DNA of 64,000 nt from Felis catus (Eukaryota), in NCBI RefSeq assembly GCF_018350175.1, contig NC_058368.1, positions 90,956,001-91,020,000 on the forward strand, read 5' to 3'. Shown here piece by piece: positions 12,480-25,850 of the stretch. The position numbers and the translations under genes were made by a program. The stretch's first letter is position 1. The number at the start of each line of letters is the position of its first letter. The notes beneath the pieces are model-generated. The model was given only the letters and a program-made list of their open reading frames with translations. It ran no database searches and was not told where the DNA came from.

Positions 12480-14080
12480 TCTCAAGAGGAATCACTGGGA
12501 GTATGGGAGATTCTCCCTTATCCTTACTCGGTCAGGCTTCTGCCCTCATCACGCCTCCAGACCTGCCCTCTTCAAGGTCACAGGCGACTTACGTGTTGCC
12601 ACATCCGCTGGGCAGTGTTCAGGTCTTCTCAGTAGCATGTGTCAGGGTGGGTCCCTCCCACTCTTCACGTGGCTGGGAGGACACCCTGTTTTCATGGATT
12701 CTGACCACCTCACCATTGTTTGCAGATTCTCTCCCTTCTCTCCTTGTCCTGAGTGTCTGTGCACCCACCTCCCCGCCATCCTACGAGGGTCCTTCTTGTC
12801 TCCCTCCATACCCCACCTTGGTTATCTCCTCCATCTTGTTGCTTTAGGCACCATTGAAATGCCAATGGCTCCCAGATTTGCATTTCCAGCCCAGACTATT
12901 CTTCCTTACCCCAGACTCCTAGTCCCACTGCCTCCTTAACTCTGGGATGCCTAACAGAAATATTGAACTCAGCATGCCCCTAAGTAAACTACCAATCTTA
13001 CTCACACCACTGCTCCACCCACCATCTCTGTGGATGATGAACCCTTTGCACAGCAGAGGTCTTGATTCCTCTTGCCCTCTCACATGCCACATGCAACAAG
13101 TCAGGAAATTTGTTGGCTTCACTTTCAAAATCCCCTAGAGTGGACTACCTTGCACCCCCTGTATAGGCCCCACCTCAGGCCAAACCACCTTCCTCTGCCT
13201 GGATGGCTGCAGTAGCCTCCTCTTGGGTCTTCATGCACCCCCAGCGCCCCGTCCATCCCCAGTGCAGCTGTGGGGATTCTTTTTCTTGAACAGCTTCATT
13301 GGGGTATATATTGGGAGGTATATGTTCACATAGTGTACAAGTCACCCAACTTAAAGTGTAAAATCCAGGGCCTTTTAATATATTCTCAGAATTATGCAAC
13401 CATTACCACAATCAGGGTAGGACATCTTCATCACCCCCTAGAAGATCCCTCACTGCTTAAGGGTCACCCTCTATTTCTCCCTCCCCCCCAGCCCTGGGCA
13501 ACTACAAACCTCCCTTCCTGTCTCTGGATTTGCCTGTTTCCATAAGCATTTCGTATAAATGGAGTGGTACACTATGTGGTTCTCCATCAGTGATTCTTTG
13601 ATATCTTCAGTCAGATCATGTCTGTCCTCTGCTCAGAACCCCTCAGTGGCCCTCACGTCATTCATTTTAGGAGACAGCATCTTTACAATCTACAAGGTTC
13701 CACACGCTCTGGCCCTTTGCCACTCTGTACCTGCTACCTGTTGTTTTCCCACTGGCTCGCTCGCTCTGGCCTCCTGGCCTCATGGCCTCCTGGCCCAGCA
13801 TGGGCTCTTCTTTCTGTCTGGATGCACTTTCTTCCCATGCGCTCCCATGATTCCTCCTTCAGCTCATTCAAGACTTTGCTCACCTGCCCTCTTTCAGTGA
13901 GATGTAGCCCTGACCCCTCGAGTGTTTTGCAACAGCTGCAGCCTCTCTGCTCTTACTTTCTTGTTCTCCACAGTACCCACCGATGTCAGCCTACCCAGTA
14001 AGTCACCTCCACTGGAATGGTAGCTCCCTAGGTAGGGCTGGTGTGTTCCAGGAGCAGTCCAGGACTTGTGTGAACTCCTC
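12480..14080. mobile_element. L2 remnant interrupted by an L1M 3' fragment (~13280-13580)
   Basis: L2-like motifs (gaactcagcatgccc, cagatcatgtctgtcctctgctcagaaccctcagtggc). The L1 3' end shows cagcttcattggggtata...attatgcaaccattaccacaatc. Confidence 0.6.
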
Positions 14081-15756
14081 AGTCAGTAGTAGCTGGGGGA
14101 TGCATCCATACACACCAGTTGGTGAAAGCCAGGACTCTGCTCCACGGACAGGTGTCAGCTGTTTATCTGCTGTGTGTCCCGGGAAACTAGAGGTGCTCCA
14201 ACTCCTTGGTGGCTCCCTTCAGACTTAAGAGGCACATCCATGTCCCTATGCTTCAAGTTTCTTCCAAACCACCAGGCAGCTTGGCTGTTTCCAGAGCCCG
14301 CAGCTTCGCCGAGGGCTGTCTAATAACAGGGTTCATGTGTGTGTGTTGTAGGATGGTCACGGCTTTCATGGGGGGCAGCTCCAAGTGCTGGATAGCTAAC
14401 CCTGCTTTAACACGGACACTGACGAGAGCAGCCCACAGCCCAACGTGTGTTGGGAAAGATAGATGTCTCAGCTTCTTTAACTTTGTTGGTTTGTGCTTCT
14501 TTGCCAGTGCCTTGCAGGATGAGGACCGGGCTCTCGTGTCCCGGTGGCTAGACCAGGGGCATGCACTTGCTCTTTTCCTTGACATTTTGCAGGTGAAGCC
14601 AGTGCATGCTGCCCCAGCCCGCAGGAACACAGAGAGAGGCCCAGAAGGGGCCCTAGAGCAGGAAACTCTTCTAGGGGACCTGTAACATGGTGTCTCAGAT
14701 AATCATCCATCATCTGACCCCAGATAGCAGCACCCATGCTGTCCAACCATTGTGAAACAACACTTCACTGATTGGGCCCAAAGTTATGAAGATTTCTTCA
14801 AAGAAACTCAAAGGGATCTCAAAGGGGGAAAGGCTTTTTGAAAAGCCCTATAATAGAGGTCTGACAGCCTGTCCATGTTCCTGGCTTTGTCCCCATATTT
14901 TTCGTTGGGGTCTTAGGACCTCAGTCACGGCCTAGAGGTGGGAGTTTCCTGGCAAATTTGGTATTTAGATTCCCTTTCTGTCCTCGTGGGGGTATCTGAA
15001 ACCATTGGGACTTGTGTCCATCTTCCCCAAACACCTGGGATAGTGTTTGCCCTTCCTGCTGCCCACAGAGGAGGCAGTGAGTGTGGCTCCTGGGTCCAGA
15101 GTCTATGGGCTTGGAGGGAGGGATGACCCTGAGATGCCCATCTTCTCTCCTGGAACAGCCCCTCCCCACCAGGGTCTAGCCAGCCTTGGGGCAAAGGGCT
15201 GGGCAGGATGCAGTCACCTGATGTGTCAGTATCTCACAAAGCACAGCCACATCTGGAAGCTAGGGCCTGGCAGGGGGCTTCATGGCTGAGGACTGTTTTG
15301 TGTGCTGGGGGGCAGTGCTCTGTGCAGCTGGAATGGGAGAGCGGCTGGGACCAGAGTTAGGGCCAGGTGGACACAGGGGTGACAGGAGTGTGGCTGAGGC
15401 TCAAAGATGTCCCAGAAGGGCCTGAGCCAGATGACGCAATGACCCATGCCTTGGTGGGTGACAAGGATTCTTGGAGCAATCCTGATGTAGGGGGGACCCG
15501 TGGGCCTACTAGGAGCTGTGCATGTGGCTCAGCAATTCATGTGGGGGCCCTGCAATAAAGAGGACCAAGTTGGTTGGTGTCAGTACTGGATTTTAACTGC
15601 AGTCTGGGAAGAAGTGGTCCATCCTCCTTCCTGCCTTCCTCCCCACCCCCTTCCTCTTCCAAGGCAAAGCCTGGCACAGGAACCCCTTCTCTAGCCCAGG
15701 CAAATGCCTCCAGCCAAGGTGGGAACAAGGCTCTTCCCCTATGACCTAGAACTTTT

Positions 15757-15975
15757 TGTTTTTAATTTTTTTAGTGTTTATTTACTTTTGAGAGACAGAG
15801 AGAGAGAGAGGGAGCAGGGGAGGATCAGAGAGGGAGGGAGACACAGAATTCAAAGCCAACTCCAGGGTCTGAGCTGTCAGCACAGAGCCTGACGTGGGGC
15901 TCGAACTCATGAACTGTGAGATCATGACCTGAGCCAAAGTCAGATGCTTAACCGACTGAGCCACCCAGGCACCCC
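15757..15975 (-). mobile_element. CAN-SINE
   Basis: TSD tgacct(a/c)gaactttt at 15742-15756 and 15976-15990. Confidence 0.92.
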
Positions 15976-17829
15976 TGACCTCGAACTTTTCTACAGCGCC
16001 AATCCCTAGAACCTGAGACAAAGGGGCCAGCGAGTGTCTTTAAAGGCCCATCAGCTGATTCTCTTTGGGGTCTCTGTGATTTCCACTCAGCCTGGGCCTG
16101 GCACACTGGGCAGAACTCAGGCACACAGGCAGGCGCCTTGGCTCCATAGATGCAAAGGATATTGTCTCTGCTCCACACATGCTGAGTGCTTTATGGTGTC
16201 CTGCGATGTGGGGGTGGGCTTGGTTTTTTGCTCTTTGCTTATTTCTTCATTCTGGCACATATAAACCTGCACCAAGATCTTCCTGTCGGCCAGACTGGTA
16301 GTCCAGGGATGAATCCAACACGCGCTTTTCCTTCAGGAGCTCGTGACTTTATAATCTGCATGATCCATGTTAAATAGAAGAAGGTATAGGATGCTGTGAG
16401 AGCCTAGAAAAGAGTGACTTGATCTGTTTGCAAGGGTTAGGAGCTGAGGTATGGAGCTGAGTTTTGAGGACTGAGGAGGAGTCTACCAGCAAGGGCAGAC
16501 AGGTTCAAAGCATTAGTGGGTCTCCTGGGCAGGCCATGACCGTGTGGGGTGACAGGCCTATCAGCAGGCCCTGGGTGGTGAGGATCACACTCCCAGAAAG
16601 GCCTGGGGGAGGTCTGGGGGAGTCTGGGCGTTGCTGCAGGGGCTGACGTGCTAAAGTCTGTAAGGAGGCTGCTGCTGGCTGGTTGGCCGTGATGAGGTAT
16701 GACCTCACCATGGACAGGGGAGAGGGGCCAGATTTCAGGGAACAGACGGGGAAGTGCCAGCATTTGAAAACTCCCAGGATATGGAGGGGAGATAGGTGGG
16801 TCATTGACATCTGCCGGGATTGGGGCAGGGAAAAAAGGGAGGAATCTGTCTGGGGCTGTTGGCATGCAAGTGTCCCTGGATTCCCCGGGGACAGTTGTGG
16901 GCAGCTGGGTGTGGCTCTGGAGCCCAGGAGGATAGTGCAGGCTGTACACGGGCAGGCACCTGTTAGGCAACACCTGGTCATGAAGGGATGGTGGCAGGTG
17001 TGGAAAGAGGAGAGAGGTGAGTGTGAAGCCCCGAGGATGCCCAGCCCTCCGTGGGGAGCAGACGGACTGGGGTGTGGTTGAGCTGGGGTCTGGTGGGCTC
17101 TGCTTCCCGTGGGGATCTGGCCTGGCTCACTTTCTGAGCTTAACTCTGAAGAGCTGGCAAATTCCACCTGGGACTTCCCACCTGGGTGATGTGATGCAGT
17201 ATGTTCAGAATCCCCTGCAGAGCAGGAGTTAAGGCCCGTGGTGCCTGGGCCGTGCATGGGATGGTGATGTCGCTGGGTGCCTGCCAGAGTTGCCTCTGTG
17301 GCAGGGAGGTTCTCTGGCGGCAGACAGCATGAATGGAGTCTGGCTGTCCTGAGCCAGGGCGGAATTACTGGGAGGACAGGAGGATACCCACAGAGTCAGT
17401 GGGGAGTTAGAAACCAGGCTGGGGAAGGACCTGGAAGCCAGGCCACTCAGAGTCCCAGTGACAGGAGGGGCCTGACAGCTGTGAGTGGGCACGGGTGATC
17501 CCCACAGTTCTTCTGTCTCCTGACCCGCATCTTCTGTCTCAAGGCCTGCATCCAGTGAGGGAGGGGCTGATTGGCTAGAGGAGGGCTGTGTGCATGTGAG
17601 GGACCAGTGATTGCTGGGAACAAAGTCAGAGTGCCGCTCCAGGAACACTCCTCAACCTTGATGCCTGGTTCTCGGCCCCTGCTCAGTCCCAGGGGTCTCG
17701 GCATGACACGTGTGCATACGTACATGCACGTGTGTGTGTGGGCGGGCGTGTGAGCAGCATGCAGACCAGATGTGCAAGAGAGACATGGCTCACTCACTGA
17801 GAGCTCCCGCTGTGTTAAAAAGTGAAGGT

Positions 17830-17991
17830 GGGGTCGCCAGGGTGGTACAGCCAGTTGAGCATCTGACTCTAGATTTCGGCTCAGGCCATGATCACAGGAT
17901 TGTGGCATCGAGCCCCATGTCAGGCTCTACCCTGAGCATGTAGCCTGCTTGAGAGTCTCTCTCCCTCTGCCCCTCTGCCCTGCTCTCTCTC
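17830..17991 (+). mobile_element. CAN-SINE (older, tail-less)
   Basis: Diverged head and (CT)-rich body. Confidence 0.8.
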
Positions 17992-18499
17992 TGAAGGTGT
18001 GCTGCACAGGTACGTGAGTTGTGGTATGTTTTAAGCATGCGTGTGAAATAAAGTTAGTCTCATACCAGACAGAAACACGCTGCAGGACACCAGTACCAGC
18101 CCAGTCCACAGTCTCCGACAAGTTGGGGCTCCAAACATGGGACCCTGGGTCAGAGTTCTTGGGCCTGTCTTCCCCCTCCAAACCTTACCCTCTCTGTGCA
18201 CCCGTATGCACAGCCTCCCAGAGCATGAGGTCAAAAATATACATTTGTTGTGTGTTTAAGGCCAGGCCTCTCTCTGGTTTCTGCAGGGGCAGGCCCAGGA
18301 GTATGTACGTAGAATGACCTAAATAAACCATTTCAGGGGAGCATTTCAGGGTCAACACCCCATGAGTGCCCAGGGCTGGGTGAACACTGGTGGTGCCTGC
18401 TGGCCCCGTGAGGGCCAGGCCAGACTTTCTAGTCATTACACTTGCCCACCTGCCTGCGTCGTCTGCCCGCCCATGCCCGCCCATGCCCGCCGAGACCTC

Positions 18500-18910
18500 C
18501 TTTTGCTAAGCCAGTTAATCCAGCGATGTATTTCCTCTGACAGGCCCGCCCATCGATCCGGTACTCTAAGAGATTTGATTACAGTGCTTTCTAACAAAGT
18601 CAAAAGCAAATTTCCATGGGAGGTTTATAGTTAAGTAATTACGGCGCTTGGTGTGTGCCAAAGCGCGCGGGTGTGTATGGGATGGGGATGTCATGAGAAA
18701 AGGTCAGAAAATTAAATAAGAAAGAAGGTGAGCTTTAGCTAGGGAGGCTGGGCTGCAGCCAGAAGCTCCCAGCAGCCTGGAGAGGGTGAGAAAGGGGAGT
18801 TGTAAAAACGAGCCATTTCACGCTTAATTACAATTTCCCATAAGGTACTTAGGGAGTGATGGTGCGCTCTGAACTTGGACAATTAACGTAATTAAACATT
18901 CATGGTGCCT
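18500..18910. promoter_or_regulatory. Candidate intronic enhancer / conserved non-coding element
   Basis: Non-repeat, AT-richer island with retained CpGs and clustered TAATCC, TGACAG and TAATTA motifs. Function not demonstrated. Confidence 0.4.
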
Positions 18911-19299
18911 GCGGCCCATTTCCTGCCTGGGGATGTCTTTGGAAGCAGAAGCTTCTCCGAGGTGATTTCAAGAGCAGTACTGGAGGGGAGGGGTGTTTCT
19001 TGGAGGTCTGGACCTTGGGGGATGCGCCCTGAGCCTCAAGCAAGAGCAAGGCCCCTCAAAAGAGTTCTTGCTGGGAGCAGCTGGAGGTCCAGGCCAGGCT
19101 GGATGCCCCTGACACACGGGGAAAGAAGCAGGAGTCTGGTGTTTGTGACCCATTCCCCTATTTTGGGCGGTTCCAAGCCATTTGAATCTCTGGCTGCTCT
19201 CTTCTTTCCCTTGATTCTCTGGCAGAGCACCTTATTAAGACCCCCTCACTTTTCCCGAACTTAGGTTCGCTGAACACATACTCTGTGTGGGCTGTTGCT

Positions 19300-19410
19300 G
19301 GGGTAGCTGTGCCTGTTTTTCAGATGGGGAAACTGAGGCCCAGAGAGGGAGAGTGGCTTGGCCATGTCTCACCTGGGAAGTGGCCTTGCTGGGATCAGAA
19401 CCCAGGGTGC
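19300..19410. mobile_element. MIR
   Basis: ttttcagatggggaaactgaggcccagagagg core. Confidence 0.8.
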
Positions 19411-20610
19411 CCATCAGGTATCGATAGGGAGCACGGGGTCTTGCTGGACCTGCCGTCCAGACTTTGAGTCTCAGCACTCAGCTTGGAAGGGGTATGAGGA
19501 TTTCTGGTTGGATGGTCATAGCTGGTGAGCAAGGTGACAGGTGTGAAGGCACCGCCCTCAGGGTGCTCCTGCAGGTGTTTAGGATCAGACTGGCAGGGTA
19601 GTGATGGGTGGGGTCCTGCTGATGCCAAGGGCAGGGCCGGCAGACCCAGACACGTCTGGTGGGTACTCCAGCTGTGGGCACATTTGCTGCTCTGGGAAGC
19701 ATTCGACAGATGCATGCAAGGCAGTGGCTGCGCTGGGTTGAGAGCCGGGTCCTGTGGCAGGGACTCCTCCCATCTCACACCCGGGCTGGCCTCACACTGA
19801 AGGGGGTGGAGGGAGCCCCAGCCCATCCTACTGGTGGCCTTGGGCTGTGGCAAGGCAGCCCCCCTCTGGCCTCCCTGGCTAGAGAGGACAGGACAGCTGG
19901 CTGGTGCCCAGACAAGATTCTGGGGAATGGGCAGGAATCAGTAATGATGCTCCTAACTTTCTGTTTACCTGTTTGCAGTTGCTTTGATGTCCTTCCCCTT
20001 ATGCACCCCTGAAGGCAAACCCCATGGCTTATTTACATTAACCTCAGACACCCAGGACCCCCAGACCATCCTCTAGCCTAGCCCTCTCTCTCTGTGCCCC
20101 AGACATATCATACCTGAGTGCCTACCAGACGTCTGTCTTTGGGGTCCCCACAGGAGCATCAGGCCCAACCTGCCCTGAGTAGCCTCCCTTCCTCCATGTG
20201 ACACCTCCTGAGGTCCCCCCTGAAGCAAAAGGCTTCCCAGAGTGACAGGGCACCCAGCTCAGCCACCTACTTCCTGCATCGCTGCAGTGATGGTGACGCT
20301 GCCTCTCAGCCCTCTGTGTGCCTTCTACCCTACCGCCCCTTTGTGCTGCCCCATCCCACCTCCTCCCAGAAGCTGGGGCTGTTCTGGAGAACAAACTGAG
20401 CCACATCTCTCATTATGTTTTCAGGATGAGGATCTTCCACACCGTGTGGGCTCCAGTGGCCTCTGCCCCTGACCTCACCTCTCCTTGGCCCTCTGTGCCA
20501 CACCCTGCTTGAGGCTCCCTCACTTGTTCTATCAACTTATGCCCCTGATTCACACATTTTTATTTTGACAATCTGACACAAGGATTTCTTTTATTAAAAC
20601 ATGAAAGTGG

Positions 20611-20828
20611 GGGGTGCCTAGGTAGCTCAGTTGGTTAAGCGTCCAACTTTGGCACAGGTCATGATCTTGCAGTTCATGGGTTCAAGCCCTGCATTGGGCT
20701 TTGTGCTGACAGCTCACAGCCTGGAGCCTGCTTCAGATTCCCCCTCTCTCTCTGCCCCTCCCCCACTTGCACTCTGTCTCTCTCTCTCAGAAATGAATAA
20801 ACATTAAAACATTTTTTAAAAAATAAAA
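20611..20828 (+). mobile_element. CAN-SINE
   Basis: Head, CT tract and A-rich tail. Confidence 0.9.
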
Positions 20829-21418
20829 GGGAATCTTTTCATATCTTTAAAAGCTACTTGATTTTCTTCTTTGAGAACTATCCACTTATACCATTGCCCG
20901 TTTTCCTTTTGGATTTCTGGGCTGTTTCTTGTTGATTTGAAGGAGCACTTTACATGTGAAGGACGTTGGTCCTCTGTGTGAAGTGCACAAGATTTGGGGT
21001 CAGCCCTCGGCTGTATGTGGGACTAGGCCAAGACCCCCAAGATAGAGGAGGAGCCTGGGATAAAGCGAGTGTTTGTTGCTGTGTGGATGACCAGTGAGCG
21101 TTCATCTGGTCTACATGTGAGGATCCCACGATAAATCATATCCACCAGCAGCTGGCTCTAAGAATAAAGGCACACAAATGAACAGTGGGTACGAGCTGCG
21201 GCTGAGGAAATTTCAGCTACTGCAGCAACTGCAGGCAGGCGGCTTGCTCTGGTTTGTCAGAACCTGATGTCCCACAGGCTCCCCACGCAGGTAAGAGGAC
21301 AGTGCCTAGGGAATGAGCATGCTAAGCATGGAGCCAAGGTCATAGACTGACCTGGGAAACCACCTTTGGCTGGTGTCACTGAGCTGCACGTGACTTACGT
21401 TTTAGAAAATTGCTTTCT

Positions 21419-21660
21419 GTGGTGTGTGGGTGGTTCACTCGGTTAAGCATCTGACTTTGACTCAGGTCATGATCTCACAGTTCGTGAGTTTGAGCCCTGC
21501 TTCAGATGAGCATGAGCCACATGTCCGGTGAGCTCGAGCCCCACCTCAGGTGAGCTGAGCCCCTCTCTGGATGAGCATGAGCCCCGTTTCTTTGTCCGTC
21601 CCTCTCTCCCTGCCCCTTGCTCACTTGCGCCCTCTCTCTCTCAAAATAAATGGATAAAAT
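21419..21660 (+). mobile_element. CAN-SINE variant with internally repeated gagcccc...gtgagc units
   Basis: SINE head and tail; TSD aaaattgcttt; body 21490-21590 made of four related ~21-24 bp units. Confidence 0.85.
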
Positions 21661-22641
21661 AAAATTGCTTTTGGGTATCTAAAGATCAGAGACTTCACAT
21701 GCACATCCAGATTCTGGACTTCTTGACAGAGATAAGTCCCAGCACCATGGACCTATACCCTCCTAAGCAGTGCTGCCCACCTAGACTCTCCAGCATGCCC
21801 AGAGCCTCCCCATGGCCCCTTGTCTCTGGCTGAGGCCACATTCCCACGTGGCTTTTTCTTACGGAAGTGAAATATCTCTCAGTTAAGGTGGAAAAATGAA
21901 AGATAAGCCAAGGGGGCCCCACATTTCAAGGAAAAATTGGAGAACATATTTCTTTCTGGAACTGCAGACCATTTCCCTATGTTTAATAGTAAACAAGGTC
22001 AAAGAGAAAAAGGGGAGGATATCGCGAAACACACCTAGCCTAGCCACCTGTGGGCGCTGAGTCCGTGCACTTGGCACCGTGGAGGCCCTAGTGAGGGTTG
22101 CTTTGGTATGATGCTTGGCCGGTGCTCTGGGCCGGGGGCGTGTGGTCAGGTGGTGCCTGCAGGCCGTAGGGATGTGCCGGGAGCCATGGCAACAGCCCTC
22201 TCAGGAGGAGAGGGAGAGGTCAGTAGCAACAGCACCCACTGCCCAGCCAGACCCCCCCTGCTGCCTTCATGCTCCGCCCCTGGAACAATGGCCAGGAAAA
22301 CAGCAGCCACACCTTCCTGAGTGTCTGCCCGCAATTGCTCCTGCCAAGAAAATATTCTCCGTGGCTGCTTCCATGCCTGCAGCCTCTCCCTGCCTTCCCA
22401 GCCTCAGTTTGCTCACAAGTAGCATAAGGATAACAGTTGCTTTCCACTTACCAACAGGTGGTTTGGGCCCCAGTTTATTGACGTATTTTGTCAAGCCCCA
22501 TGTGGGTGTCTAGGGATCTGGAGAGGAGCCAAAGGCAGCCTCGGTCTTCCAGGAATTGATGGGAGAAGGTGTGAGTTTGTGAACATGAATGTGTGAGTGT
22601 GAGCCTGGGTTTAAGTGTGCATGTGTGTATGCAAGTTTGAG

Positions 22642-22665
22642 TGTGTGTGTGTGTGTGTGTGTGTG
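22642..22665. repeat. (TG)n microsatellite
   Basis: Direct reading. Confidence 0.95.
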
Positions 22666-22781
22666 TTCAGGAGCAAGTGAGAGCAAGTCAGCATGTTTGT
22701 GATGGTGACATTGCGCAGATTGCTATAGTGGGGATCATCCTGCATGGGGCCTTAGAGGTAGTCAATACTGAAATACTTCAT

Positions 22782-22970
22782 GGAAGGAAGGAAAGAAGGA
22801 AAGGAGGGAAGGAGGGAAGGAAGGAAGGAAGGACGGACGGAAGGAAGGGAAGGGAAGGAAGAAGGAAAGGAAGGAAGAAGGAAGGGAAGGAGGAAGGAAG
22901 GGAAGAAGGAAGGGAGGGAGGGAGGGAGGAAGGAAGGAAGGAAGGAAGGAAGGAAGGAAGGAAGGAAGGA
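22782..22970. repeat. Compound (GGAA)n/(GGGA)n purine tract
   Basis: Direct reading, ~190 bp. Confidence 0.95.
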
Positions 22971-25850
22971 AACGTAAGGTTTGGGCAGCAGGAAAGGAAC
23001 TATTAACTCGGTCTGCTGGAGGGGGCAGGTGGTCAGGTCTTTTCCTCCCAAACGGAAGGAAATTTGGGGCTGGACTTTGGAGGAGCAGGACTTGGCAGGC
23101 AGACAGTGATAGCCAGTCTAGGTGCCCCATGGAGGGGGTTCCTGCCCCAGGAGAGTGTGCAGGGGCCTCAGCTGTGGGAGAAGCCAGCAGGCAAGGCAGG
23201 CAGGTGAACTGGGACTGGATCATGCAAGGGTCTTAGTGTCCGACTCAGTAGTGCAGGAGATGGAAGCAGTGAGCTCCATCTGCACTAGTCCTGGGGTGGC
23301 TAGTGCCCTGTGCAGTCCTCAACATGCACAACAGTGATGGCGGCCCCAACATTCTTGCTGGGCTAGGCAGGAGCTCCATGGTTCACGAGCTGGCTTGTCA
23401 AGTGGCTCATCCACTCTGCCTCTCAGAGCACACCCAGCTGAGTCACATCTGCTTTTAAACCAGGAAAGGAAACCCCAGGCCTTTTAAAGTAGAACACGGT
23501 GATTTTTGTAGTGTCTGCCTGCCTAGCCACCTGGTCTGTCCTCTGGAGCCCTTGGGGTGTCCGGGATGGCCAGGGGCCTGGCGAGCTGGCTCTGTGCCAT
23601 CCTTTCTGCAGGAAGGGCGGCCCTCGGGTGGCCATGGGATCCAGGCTTGGAGGGCACCCCGTGCCCCCAGGTTGTTAGGAAAGGCCCGTGTGAGGCTGTG
23701 TCATGGATTAAATTCACAGCGTTCAGCACTTGCTCCGATTTCTCATTTCCTTCCTTCTCTAAATGGGGCTGATCGAATTAAGCCCTGTCAACACTGTGGG
23801 CTGACAGGAGGCTGGTGCTGTGTGGGGAACATGGCGAAAGTGCCTCAGGGGCTGCTGTGGGATCCTGGGAGGTCCGCATCTCTGAGGAGCAGGGGAGCCC
23901 CTTCCCTCCTCGGTGCCTGTAGGCTGTAGCTTTTCAAGTCAGGAAGGATCACAGGAGAGGGACATGTGGGGCCCACCAGAGCTAATCAGTATCCCCCCAG
24001 GACACCAGCCCGCCAGGCTTCTGAACCCACCAACCTCACACAAGAAAACAAACAGGACACCACCCCATCATCTGTGGGACTGGATGATGTGCCTGGGACC
24101 CTCGGCAGGGTTAAACAGGGGCCTCTTATACCTTCACCCCAGTCTGCACCTTGGGTCCAAAAGGTGCAGGCTCATGGCAGACTCCTGTGATCCCTACCCT
24201 AGGAAGACAGAGAAAGACAGAAAAGAAGACAGGATCTGCCTGACATTCCCTGGGAGAGAGGGCAGAGGGCTGGAGGCACTCAGGTTCCCAGACCCAGCAG
24301 GACTCAGCAGAAGACTCAGGAAGAGGAGTCACTGCTATGTGGAACTCTTCTTGGGCTGACCCAAGGTGTCCACCCTGCCAATGTCCCCTGCCCCCTCTGT
24401 GGACTGTGGGTCAAGAGACCGTTCCCTCAGGGTACCCCCTCCTCCACATCAGTAGAGAGGGGTGAGGACAGTCCCTCATCACTCACTTCTGCTCCTTCAG
24501 CAGGCTCTGGACAGGGACAGATGTGAGGAGCACTGGTCAGTGGGCCATCTCTCCTGTCAGAAATCCCGCCCCTTAGACTTGCCTGGTGTGGGATCTTTGG
24601 ACTCTTTCTGCCCATTTCCCTTTCTCCTCCACTTCCAGGTCTTAAAGGGGAAGGGCCCTGTGGAAGCACACCTCCCTCTCAGGGCATGAGTCTGTGTGAA
24701 TGTGCAAGGTACCCCCAGCCCCTGCCGCTGTGCAGGGCACTGGTGTGCACAGCGGCCCTGAAAATGGACTTTCGATGTCTCCCTCCACCATCCAGCACAC
24801 ACTGCCATGTAGAGCATCTCAAGTTCCAGCTTATAGTGACACCAGTAATACAAGGCTCGAGGGCCACGGGGTGCTCAGTGGGGTGAAACCCCGGCTTCTC
24901 CAGGTCCTTGTTAGAGCCTCACACCTCAGGGCTGAAAGCAGACAGGGTGAGACAGAGTGTGGGTCTCTGCACTGCAGGGTTGTGGTGGGATGAGGTCCCC
25001 TGACACTTTGAGCAGCCTGTGGTGTACTGGCCCCAATGCAGCTGGCTCCGAGTGGCCCCAGCTGAGGCCCGTGCAGGGGGCTGAGTTGGATTCTGGAATC
25101 AGACACCTTCCCTGCTGCCCCCTGCCCCTGTAAGGCCATGGGCTGGAGTGTGAGCCTCACTCCATCCGCATTAGAGAGAGTCCATTCCTGACCCATGGAG
25201 CTGCTGTGAAGAATAAACAGGGATGTCCATAGAGCCCCGATGCCCAATGTGGCTGATGCCATCTTCATTGTCAACTGTAGGGCCTTTTCCTGTCCCACCG
25301 CTGACGAGGGTGTCTGCATTCTCTCTCCTAAGAAGGTGGCTTGGTGGTGCAGCTATTCGTGCATCTTGATCATGGCCTGGTGGGAGAGGGCCTCAGGTGG
25401 GGGCTGGGGAGCATCCCATACCTCCTGCAAGCATGCTGGCACTGAGCCCCTCCTAAAGCCCTGGGACCCCTCCCTGCATCGTGTCACCCACTCTTCATGA
25501 CATGGGGCTCAGTATAGGAATCTGAAGTTGGCAGCTGGAGAGAAATGCCTTGGAACCTGGATTTGGAGAAACTGAAGACCAGTGAGGAGCTGGTTCCTGG
25601 GGAGGTGTGAGCTAGGGCTGTGCTTGAGGGGGGTGGGGACAGGTGCAGGCAGCCCTAGGGTGAGGAGAGAGCTGGCTTTGTGGGTTGGGGAGAAGCAGGC
25701 CCTCCTCCTGGCTTGGGCCTGTGTGCACGCAGGGGCCATAGCCTTAGGTAGGGAGTGCTGCTTCATCCCAGAATTCTGAGTGGGGTGTCTGAGGGCCTTC
25801 CCGGCAGTGACGCCCAGGCGGCTGCCTGATGTCCAAATCCAAATTCAGGA

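Noticed and set aside
22641..23223. EGRK-rich / FLPS-rich ORFs
   Set aside because: Translations of the (GGAA)n microsatellite.
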